A stretch of DNA of 64,000 bases, taken from assembly GCA_035935335.1 (NCBI GenBank), contig DASYXF010000113.1:6463-70462 (forward strand), written 5' to 3'. Source of the stretch: Candidatus Acidiferrum sp. (GTDB lineage: Bacteria; Acidobacteriota; Terriglobia; Acidiferrales; UBA7541). A program made the translations under genes and the position numbers. The notes below the pieces were generated by a model, which saw nothing but the letters and a program-made list of their open reading frames with translations, was not told the DNA's origin and ran no database searches. Below, in pieces: positions 40,373 to 48,091 of the stretch (positions are counted from its first letter, which is position 1; each line of letters begins with the position of its first letter).

Positions 40373-40534
40373 CTAGGAAGCCTTCCGGTTGTGAGCGCAG
40401 GAACGCTGGGTTGCGCTGACTTTCCCGCAGGAAAGTGCCATCGTCTCGAAAACACGCTCCGAGCGCACGGTCGGCTTCACGTAAGGCTTTTTTGTGGGTG
40501 CTTCCGGCGCTTTGGGACTTTCGGGTCTCTGCAT
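40373..40534 (-). CDS. Putative RiPP precursor #2 (53 aa): MQRPESPKAPEAPTKKPYVKPTVRSERVFETMALSCGKVSATQRSCAHNRKAS
   Basis: Manual translation. Starts 3 nt after the upstream stop, has a KKPYxxP RRE-binding-type leader motif and a CX9C core, and lies directly before peptidase/kinase/RRE/rSAM genes. Confidence 0.85.
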   Translation of the reverse strand: MQRPESPKAPEAPTKKPYVKPTVRSERVFETMALSCGKVSATQRSCAHNRKAS

Positions 40535-40537
40535 GGT

Positions 40538-42343
40538 TCATTGTAACCCAGACTGTGTAAGCTTCACAGCGCACCCAATACCGGTAACTCCATTACAGGT
40601 TGCGCCAACTGCCGAATTACTTTGAAAGGTGAAGTAAAGGCTCGACGCCTGCGCGCTCGCGCTCACATTGTCGACCACGATTCCGCTGGTGCCTCCGGAA
40701 GCAGCCGCTTTCGCGGCGGTTGCGCTAGGGGTAGTGCCGGCCGTGACATTGAAAGACATGATGCAGCCACCGGCCGGAGCAGGGCACCCAATCGGGCTCG
40801 CCGTATTTGAACTTGCTTGCACACTGATAAAGATCCAGTCCGTACTGCCATTGAGGATTTCCGTAGGCGGCGAGCAAGTGGTGCTGGCCGTGCTCATTGT
40901 TGCGGCCATCGCGCTCGGCGTACCCATTACATTGGCCGTGATCGGGACTCGATACAACGTGGCATTCCCGCCGGGATTCCCGCAGATGTACAGATTCCCC
41001 GTGGGACTGGCCGAATTGGCCGACGTAAAATAAATGTTGTCGAAAGAACCGCCGAAAAAAGAGTTGCCCGCGGCGGCAACGCCGGCGCCTAGCTGCATTT
41101 CGTTGCCGGAGGCGCCAGCGGCAAACCCGGTGCTAAATTGCCATACAGCGGCGTTCGTATTGGCGGAATTCGTATCCGCCGAACCGAAAACATAGATCGT
41201 CGCAGCAGCGGAGTCGACGATCGGGCCGTCCACAAAGCCGCTCCGGAAGGCAATGCGGTTCGACGTCGTCACCGTGCCGGTAGAACTGATCGAGAAAAGT
41301 AGCCCTCCCGAATCCGCTACGAAAACCTTCGATGTCGCGGAATCAAAAATGGGACTGCTCAAGATGTTCTTATTGCCGTTGGTTAAAACAGGCCATGGGG
41401 CGCCTGCTTCAGCCGGAGTTCCATTGAACACGCCGGTAAATTTGTGGACGTTGCCGGAATTGTCCCCGACATACAACTCGTCCAGGCCATAGTTATAAAA
41501 GGGAGAGGATCTGGTGTCCTGACTCGCTCCACTGAACGCAATGTTCGCAACACAGGAATTGGCGGCAGGGCATGTGCTCCAGGCCGCACCCGCGGCTAGG
41601 GTGGTATCAGGGGCAGCAGGTGCGTTGAGGGTCCCTTGAACCGTGGCTGTGGCTCCGGGCTTCCATTTCAGAATGTGCAGGATCGCGCCGCTGGCGGCCG
41701 TTTCCACATATGCGATTTTGGTTCCATCGCCGGAGAGAACCGGCGAAGTCAGGACCGTGCCTGTCCCGGTATTGTAGGCCCACTTGACGCTCGGTCCGTT
41801 CTGGTTACAAAGCCCGCCTGTGCTGCCTTGCGTGGAGTAGAGTTCGTCAAAAGCAATAATGCTGGGCTGCGTGCTCGAACCGGCAAGGCTGGTCGTGAAC
41901 GCCACATAGTCATTTGTGCAGTCTGGCGTTGCATTGATGTCGAATGTGAATTTCGCAGGGTAGACTCCGGCCCCCGCTTTGCCTCCGGCGAGCAAAGACA
42001 TGCCCCAGTCCGGGTGTTCCAGATTCCTTCGGCCGTGCCCCTGGCCAACGTGCCTCCCAACGAAGTCAGCAGAATCATCTGCCTCCTGTACTTGTTGCAG
42101 GCGAGCCGAAGCGTTGCGGCCCAGCATCTGATGCCAGAAGCGAGGCTCTTGCTGGAGCTTCCAAGCCTGTTCGAAGCTGGATGGCGGCGTGAAGACTAAA
42201 TGATGATGGCTCCAGTCCTGAGGTAGCGACATCCGCACGTGGCCTTGCCCATGCGCGCTGTGTGCTGCCCAAACCATCACAAGTGTGGACGCACAGATGA
42301 GTCCCGTGATGACCCTAAAGGTCCGGGAATGGGCAAAATTCAT
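40538..42343 (-). CDS. Large secreted Ser/Thr/Gly/Ala-rich, Cys-containing beta-rich protein of unknown function
   Basis: Signal peptide (RTFRVITGLICASTLVMVWAAHSAHG), DWSHHHLVF, propeller-like SSP..D...VFV.D..G repeats, paired Cys; ATG at 42343. Confidence 0.75.
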   Translation of the reverse strand: MNFAHSRTFRVITGLICASTLVMVWAAHSAHGQGHVRMSLPQDWSHHHLVFTPPSSFEQAWKLQQEPRFWHQMLGRNASARLQQVQEADDSADFVGRHVGQGHGRRNLEHPDWGMSLLAGGKAGAGVYPAKFTFDINATPDCTNDYVAFTTSLAGSSTQPSIIAFDELYSTQGSTGGLCNQNGPSVKWAYNTGTGTVLTSPVLSGDGTKIAYVETAASGAILHILKWKPGATATVQGTLNAPAAPDTTLAAGAAWSTCPAANSCVANIAFSGASQDTRSSPFYNYGLDELYVGDNSGNVHKFTGVFNGTPAEAGAPWPVLTNGNKNILSSPIFDSATSKVFVADSGGLLFSISSTGTVTTSNRIAFRSGFVDGPIVDSAAATIYVFGSADTNSANTNAAVWQFSTGFAAGASGNEMQLGAGVAAAGNSFFGGSFDNIYFTSANSASPTGNLYICGNPGGNATLYRVPITANVMGTPSAMAATMSTASTTCSPPTEILNGSTDWIFISVQASSNTASPIGCPAPAGGCIMSFNVTAGTTPSATAAKAAASGGTSGIVVDNVSASAQASSLYFTFQSNSAVGATCNGVTGIGCAVKLTQSGLQ

Positions 42344-42477
42344 GGACACACCCCTGTGTAAAATTCCTTCAAACTTCCGCAAGTTTTATCAGCCTTTGTA
42401 GCTTACAGCCTGCTAGGGGGGCTCCCAAGTCAGCAAATTGTGCAGAGAATCGAAATAGTAATTACCCCAGTCCAGGG

Positions 42478-43458
42478 TCAAACGGCAGCGCAGGCATCTT
42501 GCTCGATCAGGTCGCAAAGGGCCGCGAGTTTTTCCGGTTTCGCATGCGGCGTGATCCGGCGTACAGGCACTTGCTGGACCAACCGGTAGAGGGCGTCAAA
42601 TTCTGCCGCGCGCTGCTGCCGCTCAAGAACCCAGTTCATATACGTGTTTTGCACCAGTTCCAGCAGTGCTTCGCGCGGACTGACTTTTTCGACGCGTGGA
42701 GCGCGCTGGTCGTCGCGGCGCGGCGCAAACAGATAGATTACGCCGAATGGCAACTCCGCCCCCTCGAATTTGGCGCGCCGCCCGTCCAGCTCGAGAAAGC
42801 GTTTATCCCACACCGGCGTCAATCGCGGCAGCGCATCCTCCCGGCCAAAGAGCATCTTCACGCTCTCCGGCCACAGGCACACACGAGGGTATCCAGGCAG
42901 CGCTTCGAATTTGCCGCCGCTCTCTTGCAACGCTACGACGTCCTCCGCAACCACCGGAAGCCCGCGGAGAGCCAGCGCCGCGGCCGTCGTGGATTTTCCG
43001 TAACCTGCATCCCCGCAGAAACAAACCGCACGGCCCTGGATCTCGACCCCGCTTGCATGTAAGCAAACCGTATTCCGCTGCCGCAGCACAAAACCCAGAA
43101 CGGGCCCCAGGAAATATGTCGCCATATCTTCGGCCGTCAACGGAGACTGGTATGTTCCCCAGATCCGCGCTGCGGCGCCGTCCACGGCGAAGCGCGTCCC
43201 ATCGGAATAGGAGAGTTGATAACCTTCTCTTTCGCCGTGCCGGGAAAGCACGAAGGAAGGATCGGCAGAGCCACGGGGTTCGGATCGTTGGGAAAGAATT
43301 CGTGCGGGAAGTGCGAGTAATTTTATAACCCAGGCGGGTTCCGGGCCGTCTTGAAACTCCAGGTCAGCCTCTCCCGGTTGCGACGGAGTAGCTTGGAGGC
43401 CTGCAATACGGGTGGAAGAGTTGATTCCAAGGCCGTAAGCTCGGTAGGAATAACTCAA
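42478..43458 (-). CDS. HPr kinase-like lasso-associated kinase (kinase #1)
   Basis: YRAYGL N-terminus, LHASGV, GDAGYGKST, VVAEDV; directly after the lasso precursor. Confidence 0.85.
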   Translation of the reverse strand: MSYSYRAYGLGINSSTRIAGLQATPSQPGEADLEFQDGPEPAWVIKLLALPARILSQRSEPRGSADPSFVLSRHGEREGYQLSYSDGTRFAVDGAAARIWGTYQSPLTAEDMATYFLGPVLGFVLRQRNTVCLHASGVEIQGRAVCFCGDAGYGKSTTAAALALRGLPVVAEDVVALQESGGKFEALPGYPRVCLWPESVKMLFGREDALPRLTPVWDKRFLELDGRRAKFEGAELPFGVIYLFAPRRDDQRAPRVEKVSPREALLELVQNTYMNWVLERQQRAAEFDALYRLVQQVPVRRITPHAKPEKLAALCDLIEQDACAAV

Positions 43459-43498
43459 GGGAATCTGTTTTGAGCCGCTTCGGCGCTGTGCGCGGGGT

Positions 43499-43651
43499 TC
43501 AGCGTCCGGTACGCCGCATTCGCGGGTTGGTTCCGCCGTCGATGTGAAACTTGTTGCCGGCGGCCTTGGTCATCTCCGCGAGATCGCCATAAACAAGCAG
43601 CTTGGGCGGTTGATAAGGCTTCTTCCCGGTTCGCTTGGACGGCTGCTTCAT
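43499..43651 (-). CDS. Lasso peptide precursor (50 aa): MKQPSKRTGKKPYQPPKLLVYGDLAEMTK | AAGNKFHIDGGTNPRMRRTGR
   Basis: Manual translation. Leader motif YxxPxLxxxGxxxxxT with Thr at -2; Asp at core position 9; 21 nt downstream of the cyclase stop; AGGGG RBS. Confidence 0.93.
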   Translation of the reverse strand: MKQPSKRTGKKPYQPPKLLVYGDLAEMTKAAGNKFHIDGGTNPRMRRTGR

Positions 43652-43672
43652 TCATGCCCCTTATCTAGCACT

Positions 43673-45508
43673 CTACTGAACTGCCCCTTCCTTTTCAACG
43701 GCTTTCAGCCAAAGCGAAAAGGATAGCGGATAAAGGTACTCGTCGCTAAAGTAACCCTTTGTGTCTTCCAAAGTTGCGAGCCAGGGCTTCCATTTTACAA
43801 ATTCATGCATCATTTTAGGAGGATTTTTTCCGGGATTCGGACGCCACCCATCTCTCTGCCAGCATAGTTCCAGCGGATCTTCCCGGAGGGGGGCCTTCCG
43901 CCGCGTCAGCACCCGGCCTGGCAATTCGCCTTTCATCGCCCAGCGGCAGAGCTCCTTGTTGATGCACCAGGGCACGGGAGGCACGCGCAAGAGAAATTTC
44001 AGCAGGCGCAGATCGAGCAGCGGCGCGCGCGTCTCCAGTTGTACGCCGGTGCAGCCCGCATCCTCGGATTCATGGACGCTGGCCCAATAGCCCCCGTGCA
44101 GGGCGCGATAGGCGTCCGGGTGGAGCGGGTGCTCGTCGAGCTGGGGATGCTCCCGCAAGTTCTCCTCGGCTTCCGCGCGCCCGCGTTTTGCAAATTCCTC
44201 GTCCAACCAGGATGGCAATTGTTGGACTTCGTCCTTCGCACCCGCTAAGCCCCGCAGTCTTTTTCGAAATCCTCCCCGCAGGGGAGGAAAACGCCCGTGT
44301 GAACCGAGGTATCCGCCGAAGCTCCGGAGAATTTCTGTCCACTGGCCACGGCTATAGAGATACTTCAGATAGGGCCACGACTGCCCTGTTAAAATGTCGT
44401 CGCCGCCATCCCCCGAAAAAACCACTCGCGCGTGCCGCGAAATCGTACGGCGGAACCGGCGATCCCGATCGAGGAAAAATTCGGAACTGGGTTCAGGAGT
44501 GATCGCCACATCGCTGTCATCTGGCCGGATGAAGTTTTCTTCCAGAATTTCCTGCGCCAGGCCAAGATGTTTCGCGGTTAGCCGGGCAAACTCCGGCTCC
44601 GGATCGTTAAACAGCGGCCGCCAGCTGATGGTGAATGCGCGGAGCGCCTGGGAATTTCCGGTCTCGCCGCAGATTCGGGCGGCGGCAGCGCACACGGAAC
44701 CCGAATCAAGGCCACCGCTCAGGTAGAACGAGACTTTCCCCTCCGGCAACCGGTCGCCAACCGCCTGCCGCAACAGTTCCCTGTAGCTTTCCACATACTG
44801 GCCTGACTGCTTGAACCGCAGCGGCTCTTCGATAGGCAAGTTGAGAAATCGTTGAACCTGGATTTGTCCGCCAGACAGAATCAGCCGGTGGCCTGCGGGC
44901 AACCGCCGGACATCGCGCCAGACCGTGCGCGCGCGATCACTGCAAAATCCGGTGAGCAGGAATTCACGCACATACGATTCATCCAGGGCGTCGGAGATTT
45001 CGGGCGCCAGCCGCAGCGCGTTCAGCGTGTTGCTGTAACTAAATACGCCGTTACGCCAGGCATAAAAAAAGGGGCGGGCGCCGGAAAAATCCCGGGCGCA
45101 GAACAGCGATTGCTCGGAAGCATCCCAGACGGCCACGGAAAAATCTCCCAGTAACCCGTCCAGCGCCCTCTCTCCCCACGCGCTCCATGCCAGGAGCAGC
45201 AACTCTTCGTCGGAGGATTCATCGGTTGCCCGCTGCTGTTTCTCCAGCAGCTTGCGGATCAATTCTTTTCGTGCGTCCAAGCGCACTTCCCCGAGCAGGG
45301 CGTAACGCTCCCCAAGCTGCACCGGTTGGCTGCGGGATTGGTGCCGCGTTCCGGTCTCCAGGTACGCGAAGCACGCGCCCAAGCCGTCTCTTGTCCAGGT
45401 CTGGCTTCCGTCCGGCCCGCGAAGACGCAGCCGCTGGGTAATCTCTTCCAGGAATCGCGGCTCCACCGGCTTGCCGTCCGTTCGCACCACGCCGAAGAAT
45501 CCGCTCAT
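43673..45508 (-). CDS. Lasso cyclase (asparagine synthetase-like)
   Basis: MSG N-terminus (no catalytic Cys1), RGPD, ARD..G.RP, LSGGLDS PP-loop, GDGGD and R.PLLD.RL motifs. Confidence 0.92.
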   Translation of the reverse strand: MSGFFGVVRTDGKPVEPRFLEEITQRLRLRGPDGSQTWTRDGLGACFAYLETGTRHQSRSQPVQLGERYALLGEVRLDARKELIRKLLEKQQRATDESSDEELLLLAWSAWGERALDGLLGDFSVAVWDASEQSLFCARDFSGARPFFYAWRNGVFSYSNTLNALRLAPEISDALDESYVREFLLTGFCSDRARTVWRDVRRLPAGHRLILSGGQIQVQRFLNLPIEEPLRFKQSGQYVESYRELLRQAVGDRLPEGKVSFYLSGGLDSGSVCAAAARICGETGNSQALRAFTISWRPLFNDPEPEFARLTAKHLGLAQEILEENFIRPDDSDVAITPEPSSEFFLDRDRRFRRTISRHARVVFSGDGGDDILTGQSWPYLKYLYSRGQWTEILRSFGGYLGSHGRFPPLRGGFRKRLRGLAGAKDEVQQLPSWLDEEFAKRGRAEAEENLREHPQLDEHPLHPDAYRALHGGYWASVHESEDAGCTGVQLETRAPLLDLRLLKFLLRVPPVPWCINKELCRWAMKGELPGRVLTRRKAPLREDPLELCWQRDGWRPNPGKNPPKMMHEFVKWKPWLATLEDTKGYFSDEYLYPLSFSLWLKAVEKEGAVQ

Positions 45509-45972
45509 GGCTGCTCCGCGGGGGGCTCGGGCAGGTCTTGTTCAAACGCAAGGAAGTGGCGGTGCATCGACTCGTCCAGATTCAACGCTTCGCCGCCATA
45601 CTCCACCCAGGCATGTGCTTCGAATTTCCCATTTTCTTTTCGGACTCCGATGCGCAGGCGAGCGGAGATTCCCTGCTTGCGCAGCAGATACCAGAGGGTC
45701 AAGGATTCTTCGAGGCAGGTATAGGTAACGAGAGAATAGTGCAAGGCGGCGCTCACCATGCGGCATGCGGCCTGCGCTTCTTCCCGCTCGCCGGGCAGGC
45801 TTTCCCTATCCTTCGCATGAATCGGGACTCGCTTCTGGAGCGACGCCAGGGTCTTGCCGTAGCCCCTCCATCGCAGCGACCATCGCACCAGCGGCAACAG
45901 TATCGCGGCGTGCCGGAACATCCGCCGTGACGCGGGCTCCAGCGCCTTATATCGTTGAAGTGGTTCCCACAT
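45505..45972 (-). CDS. Lasso leader peptidase B2 (transglutaminase-like)
   Basis: CLEESL...LRIGV...FEAHAWVE; ATG at 45972 overlaps the B1 end and its stop overlaps the cyclase start. Confidence 0.92.
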   Translation of the reverse strand: MWEPLQRYKALEPASRRMFRHAAILLPLVRWSLRWRGYGKTLASLQKRVPIHAKDRESLPGEREEAQAACRMVSAALHYSLVTYTCLEESLTLWYLLRKQGISARLRIGVRKENGKFEAHAWVEYGGEALNLDESMHRHFLAFEQDLPEPPAEQP

Positions 45973-46252
45973 CCGCGGGCAGTACTTGCAGCAGGCCGTT
46001 CTCGACAAGCCCGCTTAAAAGTTGCGTGAGGTGCGTGCGCAGTGTCTCGGGCTCCACCTCGTACTCTTCCTGAAGTTTTTCCAACGCCAACGCAATGGAT
46101 GGTTGCGAGGTCATCAATTCCCACATCCGCGTGCCGGTGGCGTCCAGGCCAAAATACCGTTCGCTTTCCAGATTCAGCAGGACGGACTCTCCGTCCAAGT
46201 GACGGATCAGCACGTGGGCAGGCACGACGGCGCGCATCGTCAACTCCAGCAT
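45947..46252 (-). CDS. Lasso B1 / PqqD-family RRE (#1)
   Basis: LDGESVLLNLESERYFGLDATGTRMWELM...EYEVE...L..NGLL; GGAG RBS before ATG 46252. Confidence 0.92.
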   Translation of the reverse strand: MLELTMRAVVPAHVLIRHLDGESVLLNLESERYFGLDATGTRMWELMTSQPSIALALEKLQEEYEVEPETLRTHLTQLLSGLVENGLLQVLPADVGTTSTI

Positions 46253-46396
46253 CTTCTGTGCTCCAGCCAAAACATGCGTTTTCGAAATTACACGGGTATC
46301 TTACCGGGGTTTGCTTCGATCCGCCATGTTCTGCGGGCAAGGCGCCGCATCCCCTGCGCATTGTTTTCCGCCGGGAGACACGCTATAAATTCCAGA

Positions 46397-47215
46397 GTGT
46401 CCGATCCCGCGATTATTCTGGATTCCCTGGAGAAATGGTTTCCGCCAGCGCTCGGCGGCTGGCGCGCTTATCTTCAGCCGTTTGCCCCGCCCACCGCTCC
46501 GGCCCTGCGCGGAATTTCTCTCGAAGTCAAACAAGGCGAGTCGGTCGCGCTGCTCGGCGCCAATGGGGCGGGCAAAACTACCTTGCTTCGGATCCTGGCG
46601 ACGCTGCTTCTGCCGACGCGCGGCTCAGCTTCACTCGCCGGCCACGACACCTCGCGCGAGCCGGCGGCCGTGCGGCGGGAAATCGGCTACCACGCAGGGA
46701 GTGATCTGGGCTTCTACGCGCGGCTGACGGGACGACAGAATCTCCGCTTCTTTGGCCGCTTGAACCATCTCTCCGACGAATTCAGCGCCACCCGCATCGA
46801 GACCCTTGGCGAACGCTTCGGATTGAGCCGCGTGCTGGACCGCCAGTGCCGCGCACTTTCTTCCGGCACCATCCAGCGGCTCAGCCTCCTGCGTGCGCTT
46901 CTTCACCAGCCTAAAGTCCTGCTGCTGGATGAACCGACGCGCAGCCTCGACGCCATTGCCGCGGCGGACTTCCGGCATTTTCTGAAAACGGAGGTTCTGG
47001 CGCGAAAAGACACCTCACTGCTCTTCGCCTCGCACACCATGCAAGAAATCGAACTGCTGGCCGACCGTGTGGCCATCCTTGATGACGGCAAATTGCTCGC
47101 TTTCGACACGCCGGCTGCGCTCCGGGCCCGGACTCTGTCCTCTTCTCTTGAGGAAGCGTTCGCGCGGCTCACCGGGCGGCGTCTCTATTCCGTTGTGGAG
47201 CCGGCACCCGAATGA
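46397..47215 (+). CDS. ABC transporter ATP-binding protein (export type)
   Basis: GANGAGKTT, LSSG signature variant, LLLDEP, SH switch. GTG at 46397 lies 7 nt after TATAAA (possibly leaderless). Confidence 0.92.
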   Translation: MSDPAIILDSLEKWFPPALGGWRAYLQPFAPPTAPALRGISLEVKQGESVALLGANGAGKTTLLRILATLLLPTRGSASLAGHDTSREPAAVRREIGYHAGSDLGFYARLTGRQNLRFFGRLNHLSDEFSATRIETLGERFGLSRVLDRQCRALSSGTIQRLSLLRALLHQPKVLLLDEPTRSLDAIAAADFRHFLKTEVLARKDTSLLFASHTMQEIELLADRVAILDDGKLLAFDTPAALRARTLSSSLEEAFARLTGRRLYSVVEPAPE

Positions 47216-48027
47216 AGCAAATCCTCCGCGACATTTTCCTTTTCTTCCAGCGCGATCTGCGGATCGCCAGCACCTACCGCAGTCCTTTTATCCTGGAGGC
47301 TATCGAAGCGCTCTTCGGCGCCGCGCTGTTCTATTACGTGGCGCGCTTCGTGGATTCGCCGGCGCTGCGCGAAGCTCTTCCGCAGGGGAAATCGTATTTC
47401 GCTTACTCGCTGGCCGGTTTTGTTTTCTTCGACTATCTCAATGCCGCGCTGGATACGTTTGAGCGCAGCCTTCAGGAAGCGCGCGACTCCGGCACACTGG
47501 AGCCGCTGCTGGCCACGCAAGTTTCCTTGCCGGTGATCCTCCTCGGCTCGACCTTTTATCCCTTCGTTGCCACCACCCTGCGCATCGCCGTTTATCTCGG
47601 CTGGGCGGCAATCCTGTTCGATTTCCCCTTGCGCGCCGCCAACTGGCCGGCCGTCTTTGCCGTGCTTCTCGCCACATTGCTTGCCTTTTCCGGCCTTGGA
47701 GTCCTCTCGGCGGCGTATCTTTTGCTCTTCAAGCGGGGAAATCCCGCCAAATGGTTTTTTCTCGGCGTCTCTAGCGTCGCCGGCGGGATGCTCTTCCCCG
47801 TCAGCATCCTGCCGCCGTGGTTGCAAGTCGTGGCGTACCTGAATCCCGTGACCTACGCGATGGATGCCATGCGCGGCGCACTTCTCGATGGAGCAGGCAT
47901 CCTCTCCCTTTCGCACCCGCTTGTGATTCTGCTCGCGTTTGCCGCCGTTCTGCTTCCTTCTTCCATCGTGATTTTTTCCTGGTCCCTGCGCCGCACAAAA
48001 ATCACAGGCACACTCACCCACCGGTAA
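47212..48027 (+). CDS. ABC-2 type transporter permease
   Basis: About 6 TMs, GTLE.LL, G.LFP...LP.WLQ..AYLNP.TYA.DA.R; ATGA overlap with the ATPase. Confidence 0.92.
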   Translation: MKQILRDIFLFFQRDLRIASTYRSPFILEAIEALFGAALFYYVARFVDSPALREALPQGKSYFAYSLAGFVFFDYLNAALDTFERSLQEARDSGTLEPLLATQVSLPVILLGSTFYPFVATTLRIAVYLGWAAILFDFPLRAANWPAVFAVLLATLLAFSGLGVLSAAYLLLFKRGNPAKWFFLGVSSVAGGMLFPVSILPPWLQVVAYLNPVTYAMDAMRGALLDGAGILSLSHPLVILLAFAAVLLPSSIVIFSWSLRRTKITGTLTHR

Positions 48028-48030
48028 AAG

Positions 48031-48062
48031 AAAAACGGCCCCGGCGAACCGGGACCGTTTGT
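48031..48062. terminator. Bidirectional intrinsic terminator
   Basis: AAAAACGG-CCCCGG-CGAA-CCGGGA-CCGTTT between convergent genes. Confidence 0.7.
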
Positions 48063-48091
48063 TGAAAACCAGGCTTTTGAGAGCCCGGGAA

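Noticed and set aside
40362-40574. N-terminal extension of the S26 peptidase ORF
   Set aside because: It overlaps the secreted protein's end and precursor 2; peptidase-like sequence starts only after ~40361.
43455-43655. 66-aa ORF from the track (MNEAAVQ...)
   Set aside because: Wrong frame; the overlapping frame starting at 43651 has the full lasso leader consensus.
43673-45508. Ordinary asparagine synthetase AsnB
   Set aside because: It lacks the N-terminal catalytic Cys and is coupled to B1, B2 and a lasso precursor.
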